The position numbers and the translations under genes are program-made. From NCBI RefSeq assembly GCF_009914755.1, contig NC_060928.1: a stretch of DNA of 64,000 nt, one strand, 5' to 3'. Below, one piece after another: positions 1 to 12,355 of the stretch; positions within the stretch are counted from its first letter, which is position 1, and every line of letters begins with the position of its first letter. The DNA comes from the human T2T-CHM13v2.0 reference genome, Homo sapiens. Below the pieces are notes generated by a model. It was not told the DNA's origin. It was given only the letters and a program-made list of their open reading frames with translations, and made no database searches.

Positions 1-1044
1 GATGAGATTTAACCTTTCTCTGCCAAAAATAATCCTTTTTTTCTTTTTTTTTTTAAGAGTATGCCTGCTTTCTATATTATTGTCTTCTCCCTTGGTTTGT
101 ATATACCCTTTAAGTTTTAACTTGTTCCAGTTTCCCATGCTGGGAGTTTTAGGAGTTTGAAATTAAAATACCAATCCACTGGGGCGGGGTTCCTCTGAGC
201 CATGAGAAACATGGCTCAAAGTTCTGAAATTAAAAAGCGAAAGTTTTGGTCAAAGTCCTACTCCTGAATTGGTCTCTGGCAAGTTACCAAACTTCTGTTT
301 CTCAATGTGTTTAAAACAAAACTACTTTCACCTGCCTAAAAGAGGAATCGAGAAACACAGGTGTTGCACAGTGGGGCATCTCTTAGGAAGTTCTTACCAC
401 TCTGGCAATACCTAACATTCTGGACTTGCAAAAATGACTGTTCCTTTAGTACTTTTAGCTAGAGCAGAGCTGTATGGGGTTCTCTAAATAAAACCACATG
501 CTTCACATGAATGTTAGTGGTCCCATTTGGCATTTTCTCAGGGAAAAGATTCTTACTCAGGCTTCTTTGGTGAAAGTTCTGGTATCCATAGGATAACTTT
601 AGGCCCTCATAATTCCCAGAGGGAATTCCCAGAGGACGTGGCCCACTCTTAGAACACAACTCCATGCCTAATTCTAAACCAGTGGAGCAACAGTGACCCC
701 CAGTGGCCAATGGTGTGGTCTTCTTACCCCCCAGTTTGTACTTCTAAGGAGAGTTGAATAATTACATAGTGGAATAGTAACCATCAAATCCATCTTGGCA
801 ACTATTAAATTAAATAAATCAATACCCCTCTGACCTGCTTGGTTTTATTTTAACAACAATGCCTAAATATCAATATAGCAGTGGCAATAATGTATCTCTG
901 TTAAATAGAGTGCTTGTTAGGATTTTGATTAATGTAGGGTCAATAACGAATCATTTTTTGTTTCAATCCTGTTATTGAAAACACCGTAGAGTGTATTAAT
1001 TCCATGTTTGGGGGCTAAGTTGTTTGTAATTAAATGATTCTTGC

Positions 1045-1215
1045 TGAGATAACTTGGTTTAAATCCTCTACCATTTACAAGCTATTTGAACTTAGATAAG
1101 TCGTTTAAGCTTTTTGAGCCTTTGTAAAATGTAAGAAATGTTAGCTTTGTTGTGAGAATTAGAGATACTACATATAATATGCCTGGAATGCAGCAGGCAC
1201 TTAATAAATAATAAC
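1045..1215 (+). mobile_element. MIR SINE remnant
   Basis: Degenerate MIR core (ttagataagtcgtttaagc...tgtaaaatg...gttgtgagaattagaga...ggcacttaataaata). Confidence 0.55.
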
Positions 1216-1385
1216 CATTTTGGTAGTGGTGGGATAGGCGATTGGGCTTAATGTATAATGATGCCAGAGGTTTTATTAAATTGTTGAAACAAATTCATTA
1301 GATAAGCATTTTGTGTAATGAGGACTGAGGAGTGGAAACGCAGTTCCACCTAACATATGTGTTCTTCTTTCATTTCTTTCTCTAG

Positions 1386-1577
1386 TCTTTGAAGCCATCA
1401 AATCATGCTACCATCCAGAGTATAGTGAGAGCTGTGGGGGTCGTTCCTGGGATTCCTGAGCCTTGCTGTGTACCAGAAAAGATGTCCTCACTCAGTATTT
1501 TATTCTTTGATGAAAATAAGAATGTAGTGCTTAAAGTATACCCTAACATGACAGTAGAGTCTTGCGCTTGCAGATAA
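1386..1577 (+). CDS. BMP3: BMP3 (osteogenin) terminal coding exon, C-terminal half of the TGF-beta cystine-knot domain
   Basis: Pyrimidine tract and AG at 1384-1385, then TCT TTG AAG... reading [68 protein letters not shown] and CxC motifs of TGF-beta ligands are present, and the sequence is recognisably the BMP3 C-terminus. Confidence 0.98.
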
Positions 1578-4314
1578 CCTGGCAAAGAACTCATTTGAAT
1601 GCTTAATTCAATCATTAGTTTATTTTTATGGACTTCTTCCTGTTTTTTTTTTTTTTTTTTTTGCACTGCCAATGCATTTTGTTTCAAAAGATTATCTCTA
1701 TAGTCAGAGGGGAATGAGCAAATAGACTGAAGATTGCCACCAAGGAAAAGAACTGTATTTGTTTCTGAATGTAACTTAAAGCAAGATTTTTAGTAAATAT
1801 GGACATCTATTTCTCTTTTTGTAATCAAACACAACAACTTATCAAACTGTTTTTAGAACTGTTAGAGAACACACTGGTTTATTTTTGTAATGTTCTTTGA
1901 AAACAGAATGGAGAAGCAGCAATAGCTTGTCATTTATCTCATTTAATGACTAATGGGAAATAGAGAACAATTTCACGTTTTGAATTAGGCTTATTGCCTT
2001 AGAATCCTGAGAAAGTGCTAAATAATCAACTCTGATGTTTTTCTTAAGTTCTTGAGACTCTTGTTTATCCTTGTTTTTCCTCCACAAGTCATTGTCTAAG
2101 TGTAATGGAAAGTTTATGCTGAGCGTTAGTGTGTATGTATGTGCGTACATGCGCCAGGTGCCTGTGCCCTCTGTAGGATGGTTTGCTTAATATGGTTTTA
2201 TAATTCAGTTTACACAGGATTCTTTATTTTTTTTAATTTTGTATTTTGGCAAACACCATTCAGTTATAAGAACTTTGCCAAATATGATAGAATAATTCAA
2301 GAGCATATACAGAGAGTTACCACTTGACCCAGCTATTTAATTGCAAATACAGTTGTTTTCATTTCATTTCCTACCAGAAAAAGGAATCAGCAACCTAGTT
2401 TTTGAAAACACAAGTATAATTCCTCTTTTGTACTTCTTTTTCACAAATGCTTTTATTTATTCTAAATTGAATTTAAAAATCCTTCCTAAAGCCATTAACT
2501 CTTTAATTCTCCTGATATGCCTTTACTTCCTATGAAGTTATTGGTAGATGTTGAGGCCCAGAAACTGATAGAATATTGAAGATCTTCTTAAATGACCAAT
2601 TTAACCATAACCAAATATTGAATATCATTCTTCAGTCACATCTAAGTCAGGCACTTTTTCACATAGATCAGGGCTTTTGGCTCAGTCACGAAATCTACAA
2701 GTTAGCAAAGCTTACAAAACATTATTCGTCAGGTATGGGAATCAAATATAGACACTTGTTTGTCTTTGCTTTCCATTTCTATGTGTCACATACATATATG
2801 TGTCCTCTTATAACTTTAGTCTTCAAAATTATTTCAATATCCTTCTTCTCACTATATTTATTTGTGTGATGGAAATGCTTTCAGGCCGTAGATCATTGTT
2901 GGTGTTAATCTGTGGTTAATCCTCATTTTAGTTCCGTCTTATCTGATACTTAGAAATATCTCAGCCATTTTGGAGGCTGTGCAGTATCAGAAGACGTGGA
3001 GTTTGTTCTGTCTCTGCCTGTAGCTAATTATGGTGGTTCAGTCATTTAATAAATATGTTTTGAGCATCTATTTTGTGAAAGGCACTGTGTTACCTGTGTG
3101 TCTTTAGTGTCCTCACTGGTAAAATGAAGAGGCTGGCCATGAGCTGGAAGGGTTAAGTTTATAATTCCAGCTATTTCACACCCGTCTTCCTTGAAGGAAT
3201 GATAGTGATAGATATAAAAACACTGTAAGTCCCTCTTTTAATAAACTAAATGAAAGAACATCCTATACTTCGCTGTTTGTAAATTAGTATGGCATTCGCT
3301 TTGGTTTAAGTGGTATTTTATTGCAAACCCATTAAAAGAATAACTCATGAAAAGAAGCTCTTTGACACCTTGGGGTACACAAATGTTGGTGTGGGTGTGT
3401 GTTAATTCTGTGAGTGAGACACACCAGTTCTAAAAAAAATGAGTGAAGTTCTGGTGCCTGAGTTACCATGCTTTCTTCTAGTTCTTACAGTAGCATAAAA
3501 TTAAAGATTCAAAGTGAGATGGAGGATAAAATTACTTTTTAATACATGTTCTCAAACATTTGAAAATAAAAGTATATGATAGAAGGGGGCCAGAGTGTGG
3601 CCACCATCCTGATCGTACTGTTTTTCAATAAAGAAAACTTTTTCATTGGTAGATTTGGTGAAATTCTAAATTTAGGTTTTTTTCTAGAGCTGTATCAACC
3701 AAAACTTCTGGCAATTCCCAGTATCACTTCTTAGCCTTCTTATATCCAAATGCCTGTTTGTTACCTTTCTTAATTTGAATCAATGCCTAGTTATTACAGA
3801 TTGCACCCCACAATGGCCAAAAACCCACTACATAATAAAATTTACAGGTACTAACTAGTTAAGATTATATTTTAAGTAGCAATTGATATAAAATTACAAC
3901 ACAATGAAAGAACTTGGGTAATCTCTTAGCAATGGAAATAGGTTTTAACCAGCAGTTTTTCTGGGTGCTTTGTAACTATCATTTTACTAATGAATTGAGG
4001 ATGTATTATGGTTTAAATTGGAAGAGTTTTATTCCCAAAGAATAAAGCAAGATTATCTTTCAGTAGTAGAGATTGAAGTAAATGTATTAATATTTTAATT
4101 AATACAGATTTACTAAGAGTAGTTAGAAAATTTAGTAAGTGCCTGTTTTACAAATTGTTAGGTACTAGTTTCTGTATAATTCCTACACAGAAGCTTTAGA
4201 AATCTCCTGATATTAAATTATTAAATTGGCATTCATGAAAAGAGAAGCTACAATTATAAACTCCATTTGCTAAATCATGCATAATACTCTCTCTCTCTCT
4301 TCCCCCACAAGTAA

Positions 4315-4555
<241 letters not shown>

Positions 4556-5548
4556 GATAAAAAGAATTCTTTTTCTTAATAACTGTTCTCTTGAATTCAA
4601 ATTAAGGGACTGCCAATGTCAATTAGAATATTTTAAAAATACTTTGTTGTAACCTGTGTAAATAATATACAATTTACAGGATTTGGGATTGTAGAACTTA
4701 AACTGGAAGACTGGATTCCTCAGATCTCAGGACTATAACATTCCAGATAAATTTTTACATTCCCTTTGCTGTATATTAACTGATGATCATTTATATGTTA
4801 AGATTTTTTACCTTAATATTTCTGAATAAAACTCTTATTGCCCATTTAATATTTTCATAGGCAATCAAATGTGAGTAATACTGCTAAGAGTCTGATTTAT
4901 TAAAAATATTTGTATAATTCATTCAGTTTAGTTTTTCAGTTTAGTCTTTCTGCTTTCACTTTTCTCTGTGCTAACAAGTAACTAATGTCTGGGCATTGAC
5001 TTCTTATTGAATCAAAGTTGGGTTAGGCATAGCTATGCACACCTGATGTGTAAGATTAAAGAAGAGATTAAATAAGAAATCTTGGGTAAGTTGGACTTTT
5101 CTGTATAGCTCTTTTTTCCTCTGAGTTGTATTTTAATGTAGTTTATAAGTGATAAAATGATCCTTGTTTTCTAAAAGCCAGTCCTTCCCTTCAGCTTTCC
5201 ACAGTTTCTGTAAATGTTTAATACTTGTACAGTCAATGGCAATTTTAAATATATATATATAATATATGTATATGGAAAAGGTTCAAAGATGCTTTTAATT
5301 TATTTAATGACTATTGCCTTCCTATAATAATAATTTTCATCCTTAATTATGATAATACTTTTAGCAAGAAAAATTCCTTTTTACTACAGTTTTTAGATGC
5401 AAAATGCAGTTTGGTTCTTTAGTCAAATCCACTTAGAGGGTATATTGCAGTGAAACTGTGAAGGATACTTCACTACCAATGTATAAGCTTTGTTGAATTT
5501 GTATCATTTTCTTTCAGTAATGAAAAGCTATTCATTATACAGTATGGA

Positions 5549-5645
5549 AATAAAAATTGCTTCATTGACCATTCATTTTTACTTATTGGGAAAGACTATA
5601 TTTCCAGACATTTTCAAGTGTGCTGCATTTAAAAGAGGTAATAAA
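5549..5645 (+). terminator. Candidate distal BMP3 polyadenylation signals (AATAAA x2)
   Basis: AATAAA at 5549-5554 and 5640-5645, with upstream TGTA motifs and T-rich downstream sequence. Confidence 0.5.
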
Positions 5646-6147
5646 GCTTAAGCATAGAGTTGAACATTTTCAAATGGTATTCTAAATGGAGCATCGTAAC
5701 TTACTCTTAACATAACATGATTATCGTTGTAAAACAAGATTGAAATATACCCATCAGGAAAAATATATCTTTCAAGCTTGAGAAACTCAACTTAAATTGT
5801 TTCATATTTTCTTTTCTTTTTTAACCAAAAACTCCACATTTTATAGTTGGAGACTTTTGTTTCTTTCTGGATGTCTGACTCACTATTTTGACAATAACTT
5901 TATTTCATCTATCATTCTTACCATGTCCTGTTCTTTTAGAATGATAACTATCTAAATTTAATTAATCTTATCATTGAGATATATTCTAGCCATTTTTTGT
6001 TTAGGCCATAGTTTTTTCTTTAAGGAAAAAAAATGACCTGAAATTAAGAAATAAAATATGCTTTTATATTATTTTTATTATTTTAATCCATCTTTGTAAC
6101 ACTGTGTATGTTTGCATTTTGGAACTACAAGGAAATTTTAAAGATCA

Positions 6148-6330
6148 TCTTGAACAAGTTCCTTAACTTCTCAGTGCCTCATTTATCTCACTTATAAAAT
6201 GGGACAATAAACTTTCTGCTTCTTAGGGTTGTTACAAGGTTTAATGAGATAATACATGTGAATGACTTAGCCAAGTGTCTAAAACAGAATAAAGACTTAG
6301 TAAATATCAATTGTTATTATTTTTACTATT
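6148..6330 (+). mobile_element. MIR SINE
   Basis: cttgaacaagttccttaacttctcagtgcctcatttatctcacttataaaatggg...ttaatgagataatacatgtgaa matches the MIR core. Confidence 0.75.
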
Positions 6331-6379
6331 ATCTAATGTAGTCTTCCCATTTTCCAGTGAGGAAATGTAGACATGCTAT

Positions 6380-6800
6380 ACTGTAAGTTTGGATGTCTAC
6401 CCATCATGCCTCCCTTTGGAACTGGCCCCCACCAACAGGAATGGTTCCTTGACACATGACAAAATTGGACCAATGCTGGTAAAGCTGAGAGGTTATTTAG
6501 CAGCATGGCTGGCAATGGAGGCTTCCAGTGATTTTTAGCAGGCATGTGGAAACGTTGTAAAAGCTAGTTGTGAAGAGAGAAGAATAAATTGGCCAGGGAT
6601 AGAGCATTGGGCCTTGCATAGTAAAAAGAGTGGCTGCTCTGTTTCCTGATGATATTTTAGTTCCTGTATCTTTTTCTCATAAATCGAACTTTGTGTCCTT
6701 GGTTTGCACTGGCTATCCCTGAAAACTCAACAATTACTCACTTGTACTTATGCTGGTTTAAGCCAATATCTGTAACTTGCAACCAAACAGTATTGACTAT
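6380..6800 (+). mobile_element. Old ERVL-class LTR remnant (LTR16/33-like)
   Basis: Ends with gctggtttaagcc...tctgtaacttgcaaccaaa, typical of old ERVL LTR 3' ends; highly diverged. Confidence 0.35.
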
Positions 6801-8087
6801 GATATACTGGAGTAAGTATGCCCAATTGCATAAGACTAGCAACTGGAAAAACTGGTATTAGAATTCTTTGTAACATTATGGAGAGAGCATCTTCCTTGAG
6901 ATAATACCACCTTGAGTTTGAATTCTGGTTCTTTCAGTTAGTAGCAGAGTGATGTATGCCTTTGAGGAATATTGATGGAATCATCATACTTTCAGGGTAG
7001 CCAGTTTTGTGACTAATGAATACTTTCAAAAGAGTTGCCTCAGTTCTCATGCCAGAGGATTGTCTTGAAATACCACTTAGAATTGATCTTTGTAGCTATT
7101 AGAAGGTATGGTGGGAATTAAGGTTAAGAATAAGAACGTTGAGCACACATCCACTTAGTATTACCAAGGATTGCTCACATCATACAAAACTCTATTTTAG
7201 TGGGTAGAGATGTGCTTGATGATATAAAGCATTAATGCCTACATTGTCTGCAGTCTCAGAACTGGAAGTTAGCTATATGTAACTATTAACAAGTGAATAT
7301 CAACCAGTAAAATGAAAATATATTCACATAGGAAAAGCACAATGTTACAGAGTTATATATATTTACATCCACAACATACAAAATGTGAGAACCCCGTGAG
7401 CCTTCCCTTCATACTCTTTTGTTCACAAAAAGTGGATGTTCTCACAATATGATATTTAAATTTTAATTTGGGTTATATTTGTTTTTTTCAATTGCATTTG
7501 AAGCAACATCAGAATCTATGGCAATGCTAAGCTCTGGGCTTGAGCACTTTCCTAAGTTCCTTCACCTCTTACATGTCCTAATTTTCTCCAGGTGGTGGTT
7601 AAAAATTCCTTTTTGCTCTAGTATACCAGAATCCATGAGTCAAACATCCATATTAAATCACAACTTATAAATATTTTTCTCCTGATCATGTCTTGGGAAA
7701 AAAGCAACAACAAAAGTCACGATGGAAGGGAAAGAGAGAACACAAGAAAGGACCAGGGTAATAGATCATCCGTCCCTCAACTTAGGAGATTGTTGATTCT
7801 ATCTCACTTCTATCATGTGATGGGGTTTGTGAGACTCTTCTACTTTTCATACCTACATTTTATTTACAGCATTCTTCCTCTTACTTTAATAATAAAAAGT
7901 AGGTGATATTATTTGTCTTACTATATTTTAACAAATAACTAAGGCATCTAATACCTTAACGAAAAACAAAGCCAAATGAATTGTAGAAAATAGACTAAAA
8001 TATTATATATGTGTATTTCTGGTATATGAAAGTTTATTTTTATGCATATTGTATTTCATAGATACAGGCTTACAGGCAGACAATTTA

Positions 8088-8290
8088 CGTTAGAATCTCA
8101 ACTCTGTCACTTACTGTAGGACCTTGGACAAGTTATTAAGCTTCTTTCTGTTTCCATGTCCTCATGTGTAAAATGAGAACAAAACACAGAGCCTGCCTTA
8201 CAGGGCTGTGAAAATTACTTGAGCCTTTATACATGAAACACTTATAAATGTTCATAGCACAAAGTAAATATTCTTCGAAATTTGCTTTTT
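8088..8290 (+). mobile_element. MIR SINE
   Basis: ctctgtcacttact...ccttggacaagttattaagcttctttctgtttccatgtcctcatgtgtaaaatgag matches the MIR core. Confidence 0.7.
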
Positions 8291-9741
8291 GATTTTTTTA
8301 AATGCATTTTATACACTTCCATGAATGAGTCCTCATTTGACCCTGAGAAGTATTGGTGCGTATTATCCTCACTTTACTGACCCAGGAGAATAACTGACAC
8401 ACCTTAGGTCAGAACCATGCTAGTAGCATCAGGGCTGGGATTCCAGCAGCGATAATCTCACCCCAATTGTCCTGTTCTTTTGCACTTCACCTCAGTTGCC
8501 TCTACTTAAAGAAAGCTGCCAGAGTAATTTCACCCATCTTTCCTTGGAGTCCTGAGAAATTTGAGGAAAATAGACTATCGCATCATAAAGAAAGCAAAAA
8601 AAAGTTTTAATAATGGGGTAATGTTTGATTAGTGTTGGGATCTGAGAACTTTCCCCTGAGTTGAACTTCCCCACCCAATTTCAGGTCAACCCGGGTGGTA
8701 CAGAGATGGTCTCAGTGAGTTGAATTTTTGGAAAATGGAAAAATGTGCATTTTGAGTAAATAAATTCTGAAAAAGGGAAAGTCAAAGTGAGGCTGAACTG
8801 TGTACTCTCAGTTCCCATTTCTTCTCATCGTCAATCAGATATGTCTCTCCCCTTAAAGAGAAAGGATAGGGACAAGAGCAGAAAATATTACTTCAACACC
8901 GTTTCCACCCAGAGAGTACAAAGGAATTCCTGTTCCTGTCTAAGGAGAATAGAGGTAGTATACTAATAAGAGCCTCCCCTTCATCTCCACAATGCCACTA
9001 AACAGGAAATTCTGGCCTTCCCTACACGCCAAAAGAACAACAGCACAGGTGACTTAAACTTTAAATCTTAACATGGCCCCACTAAAAATATGAACCAATG
9101 GTCAAACCACCAGCTTTTACCCTGTCATCGGTAGGATCATTGCTCCTTCTCCCATGGGGAAGAGCCATGAGAGGAGGAAGAAAAAAACAAGAAATATCTC
9201 CCAGCACTGTTTTCTCTTAGCCAGTGGGGTGGAAGTTGAGCGCCCTTTAGAGGAAAATGAGAAATGGGGTAAAAGTGACTTGCCTAACATATCTTGTGAT
9301 ATGAACTGTCTCTTATCTTTTTAAAATTAAAATAAACATAAGTTATGAAACTTAAGCAAACACTATATACAGTAATCATTTTAGGTAGTTGGGATTTGTT
9401 TTATTTTCATTTTTTGGTATGAATTTCCCTGCCTTGTGTACCATGCCTATTTTCTCTAGGTCCATCAGAGGATGTGGAAAGAAAATCCATCTTTGGTTTG
9501 CTTCAAGTCCAAGGCCATAGTTGTCTGAGTATTTGAGATACCTCCCATAGAGAAAGAGAACTCTATTTTGCAAGACAGTTGGAGGCTACTCTGTTGATAA
9601 TTAACAAGGTCAGAATACCTGAGAAGCATTATTTTTACCCTGCCTGCTCAATTTTAGTTGGTGGCAACTTGATTTCAGTTTATTCCTCATTTCTTTTTGT
9701 TTCATCAAAATACTGCCTTGAGGGCAATAAAAAAAATCCAA

Positions 9742-9920
9742 TCCCAGAAAATGTTAAATCAGAGAGTAGCAGGTGTTTTCTTCCCCTTATTCCCTTGATC
9801 CCAGCCCTATACTCAGACACACACACCGCATACACACACACATACACACACATGTCCTAGAAAAAGTTAAATCAGCGGGTAGCAGGTGTTTCTTCCTCAT
9901 GTTCCCTTCATTCCAACCTG
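9742..9920. repeat. Diverged ~65-bp direct repeat pair separated by a CA-rich tract
   Basis: agaaaatgttaaatcagagagtagcaggtgttttcttcccc (from ~9746) versus agaaaaagttaaatcagcgggtagcaggtgtttcttcctc (from ~9859). Confidence 0.85.
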
Positions 9921-11557
9921 CTCACAACTGGGAACTGGGGATGGGGGAAGGAGGGAGGAAGAAAGGGAAAGAAACCGAGAGAGAAATGCCTAGCTCTACT
10001 AGAACATCACAGAAGCAGGGAGAGAAATATGGTCATGATCCAACCCTTTGCTCAAAATATTATGCTGAACCTTTTCAGATTCAGCACATAGGCAAACTAC
10101 CACCAAGTTGCAATGAAAACCAACCCCCACTTCATGGGGGCTCAGGCCAGATGTGAATGCAGCAGTCCAGAGGTGAGGCAATTATGTGCAAGAATCATGT
10201 GAAAGAGCATTCCCCAAAACGAACTCACTTAAGGAAAACATTTGGTGTTTACAGGACTTCAGCCCTGTTTTCTGGAGATTTTCCATCACTATAAACACTG
10301 ACATATACACACATGAACATAAGTGGGTTTTTTAAAATGGGCCTAGAATATGTGATTTCACTAAATTATCTCATTTATTAGAAATGAAAAAATTAATGGT
10401 ATAATATCAAAAATTTGGCAGCTGAAACAGTCACATAGACAAATACTGAATGGAAGCCAGTGCCCATAGGCTGGTGATAATACATGGAAGCTTGGAACTG
10501 TTAGTAATCTTCAGATGATTTTGTAATGCAGAGGTAGATGACCTGCCTAGCTAGGGAGTGTGTGTGTCAAAACCGGCCCCTTGGAGCTCTGCTTTCTGCT
10601 TCATTTGATTTGAAAGCCACCTTCTAACACATCCAAGGAATAGCAGCATATTATAAAGAGAGGCTTCAGGTGTGATAGGATAGGCTGAGAGCATTTCAAA
10701 GTCCCTTTGCTTCTAATGTCATCAGCAGTTCCCATTTCTTCTTTCACAGTGTAATGGGGTAGACTTTAAATTCTATCCCACTTGAACTAGTTACAGAACT
10801 GAGATCTATAATTTAACATTAGATGAATGAGATTTCTGTCTTGTAGCAAGCAGACTCCTCTGCAACATTTTTTTGAACTGCCTATGAGAAAATAACCTCA
10901 AGCTTTGAGAATAAGGAAGAAATCGTCTAAACATGAGTATATTGATTTAGATTAAAATGTCATATTTTACTTACATAAAAAATCTTAAAGAATCTTGGAC
11001 TTTGTTAGTATTATTTCTTTTGCAGCTTTCTGGAATAAAATTCGAATTTGAGAGAAGGCTCAGTAGCCTCTAGAATGATTGTCAGGCACATATAGATGAT
11101 GGCCTACAAATCTGAATTGGTATACAAAGTAAAACTAAAGAAAGTTTTAAAAATGGAATGATTAAAGCTACTTATTGATCAAGTATTTTTTGAATTCTTT
11201 TGTTTACTGAATTTATGGAAAAATGACGAAGCCAAATCCTAGACTTTCATAATTGATGAAAAGTAATTATTTGGACTATAAAACCTCTTACTTAAAAAAT
11301 AATGTTTGCTTTGAACCACTGGGAATTTGAAGAGTGTTACCATGACCATCATCAGAGACAAGAGGTCCCGAATAGTAATTTGTCTGTTAATTGACATAAA
11401 TAGCAGTGGCTGACAGTGGAAAGCAATTGTTCAGTAGTCTGAGTGACAGGCAGACTGGAATTTCATTTTGGCCTAAGATTTAAAGGTCTAGCAAAAAATT
11501 GAACCACTCAGAAAAATTCCCGTAGTAGACGAGAGAGTTGGGAGAGTGTGAATCTGA

Positions 11558-11768
11558 GGCTGTGCTAAACCACAGCCACTAGCCATAGGTGGCTATTTAA
11601 CTTTAAATTAATTAAAATTGAATAAAATTTTAAAATTCAGTTTCTCAGTCCAACTAATCACATTTTAAGTGCTCAATAGCCACGTGTGACTAATGGTTAC
11701 CTTTACTGGATCAGCTAGATGTCAAACATTTCCATTACCACAGACAGTTCTCTTGGATGGCGTGAATC
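11558..11768 (-). mobile_element. MER3 (hAT-Charlie non-autonomous DNA transposon)
   Basis: agccactagccataggtggctatttaa...ttaagtgctcaatagccacgtgtgactaatggttac...aacatttccattaccacagacagttctcttgga matches the reverse complement of MER3. Confidence 0.8.
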
Positions 11769-12260
11769 TAAGGGATAAATAGGAAACAGATAGATTTTGA
11801 CCCTTCAGAAAAAAATGTTGCCTGTTGTGTTTCCCTCAACTGAATAAGAGACACTGTCAAATAGGGAGATACTTGGTCAGAAAAGCACTAAAGGACTCAG
11901 TGTCCTCATGGCTGACTAAGAATTGAAAAATAATTACAAATTTATAACTCATATTTCTTTGAGACTATATACTAATCACTCCCTGACATATAAGTTCCCT
12001 CAGGTCATTTCTTCTGGTATTCAGTCCAGTATTTACTCAACTGAGATTTACATTACAGATATTAATTACCATTCAAACACAGCTGTGCTACTTATGCCAG
12101 CATTACACTATGAAGAAAGCTTTCCTAACACATCTTTCCTTTCATTCTAAACAACGTATTTTGATGACATTAAATCTGCCCACAGTTATTTCTAATTCAG
12201 TCATTCAGGTCCACTTTTGCAAGAAACTGATCTTTCGCTCTTTCTGAACATTTAGAATCT

Positions 12261-12355
12261 AGGTAGATATGCAGGTAGGTAGATGATAGATAGATAGATA
12301 GATGGATAGATAGATAGATAGACAGATGATAGATGGAAGGATAGATAGATAGATA
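12261..12355. repeat. Compound (GATA)n tetranucleotide microsatellite
   Basis: Interrupted runs of gata/gatg/gaca units. Confidence 0.95.

Noticed and set aside
181-190. GC box (GGGGCGGGGT)
   Set aside because: Isolated motif in a CpG-poor intron; no CpG island or promoter context is evident in the window.
1403-1687. 94-aa antisense ORF over the BMP3 exon
   Set aside because: Shadow frame of the coding exon plus a poly-T-derived lysine run; non-ATG start.
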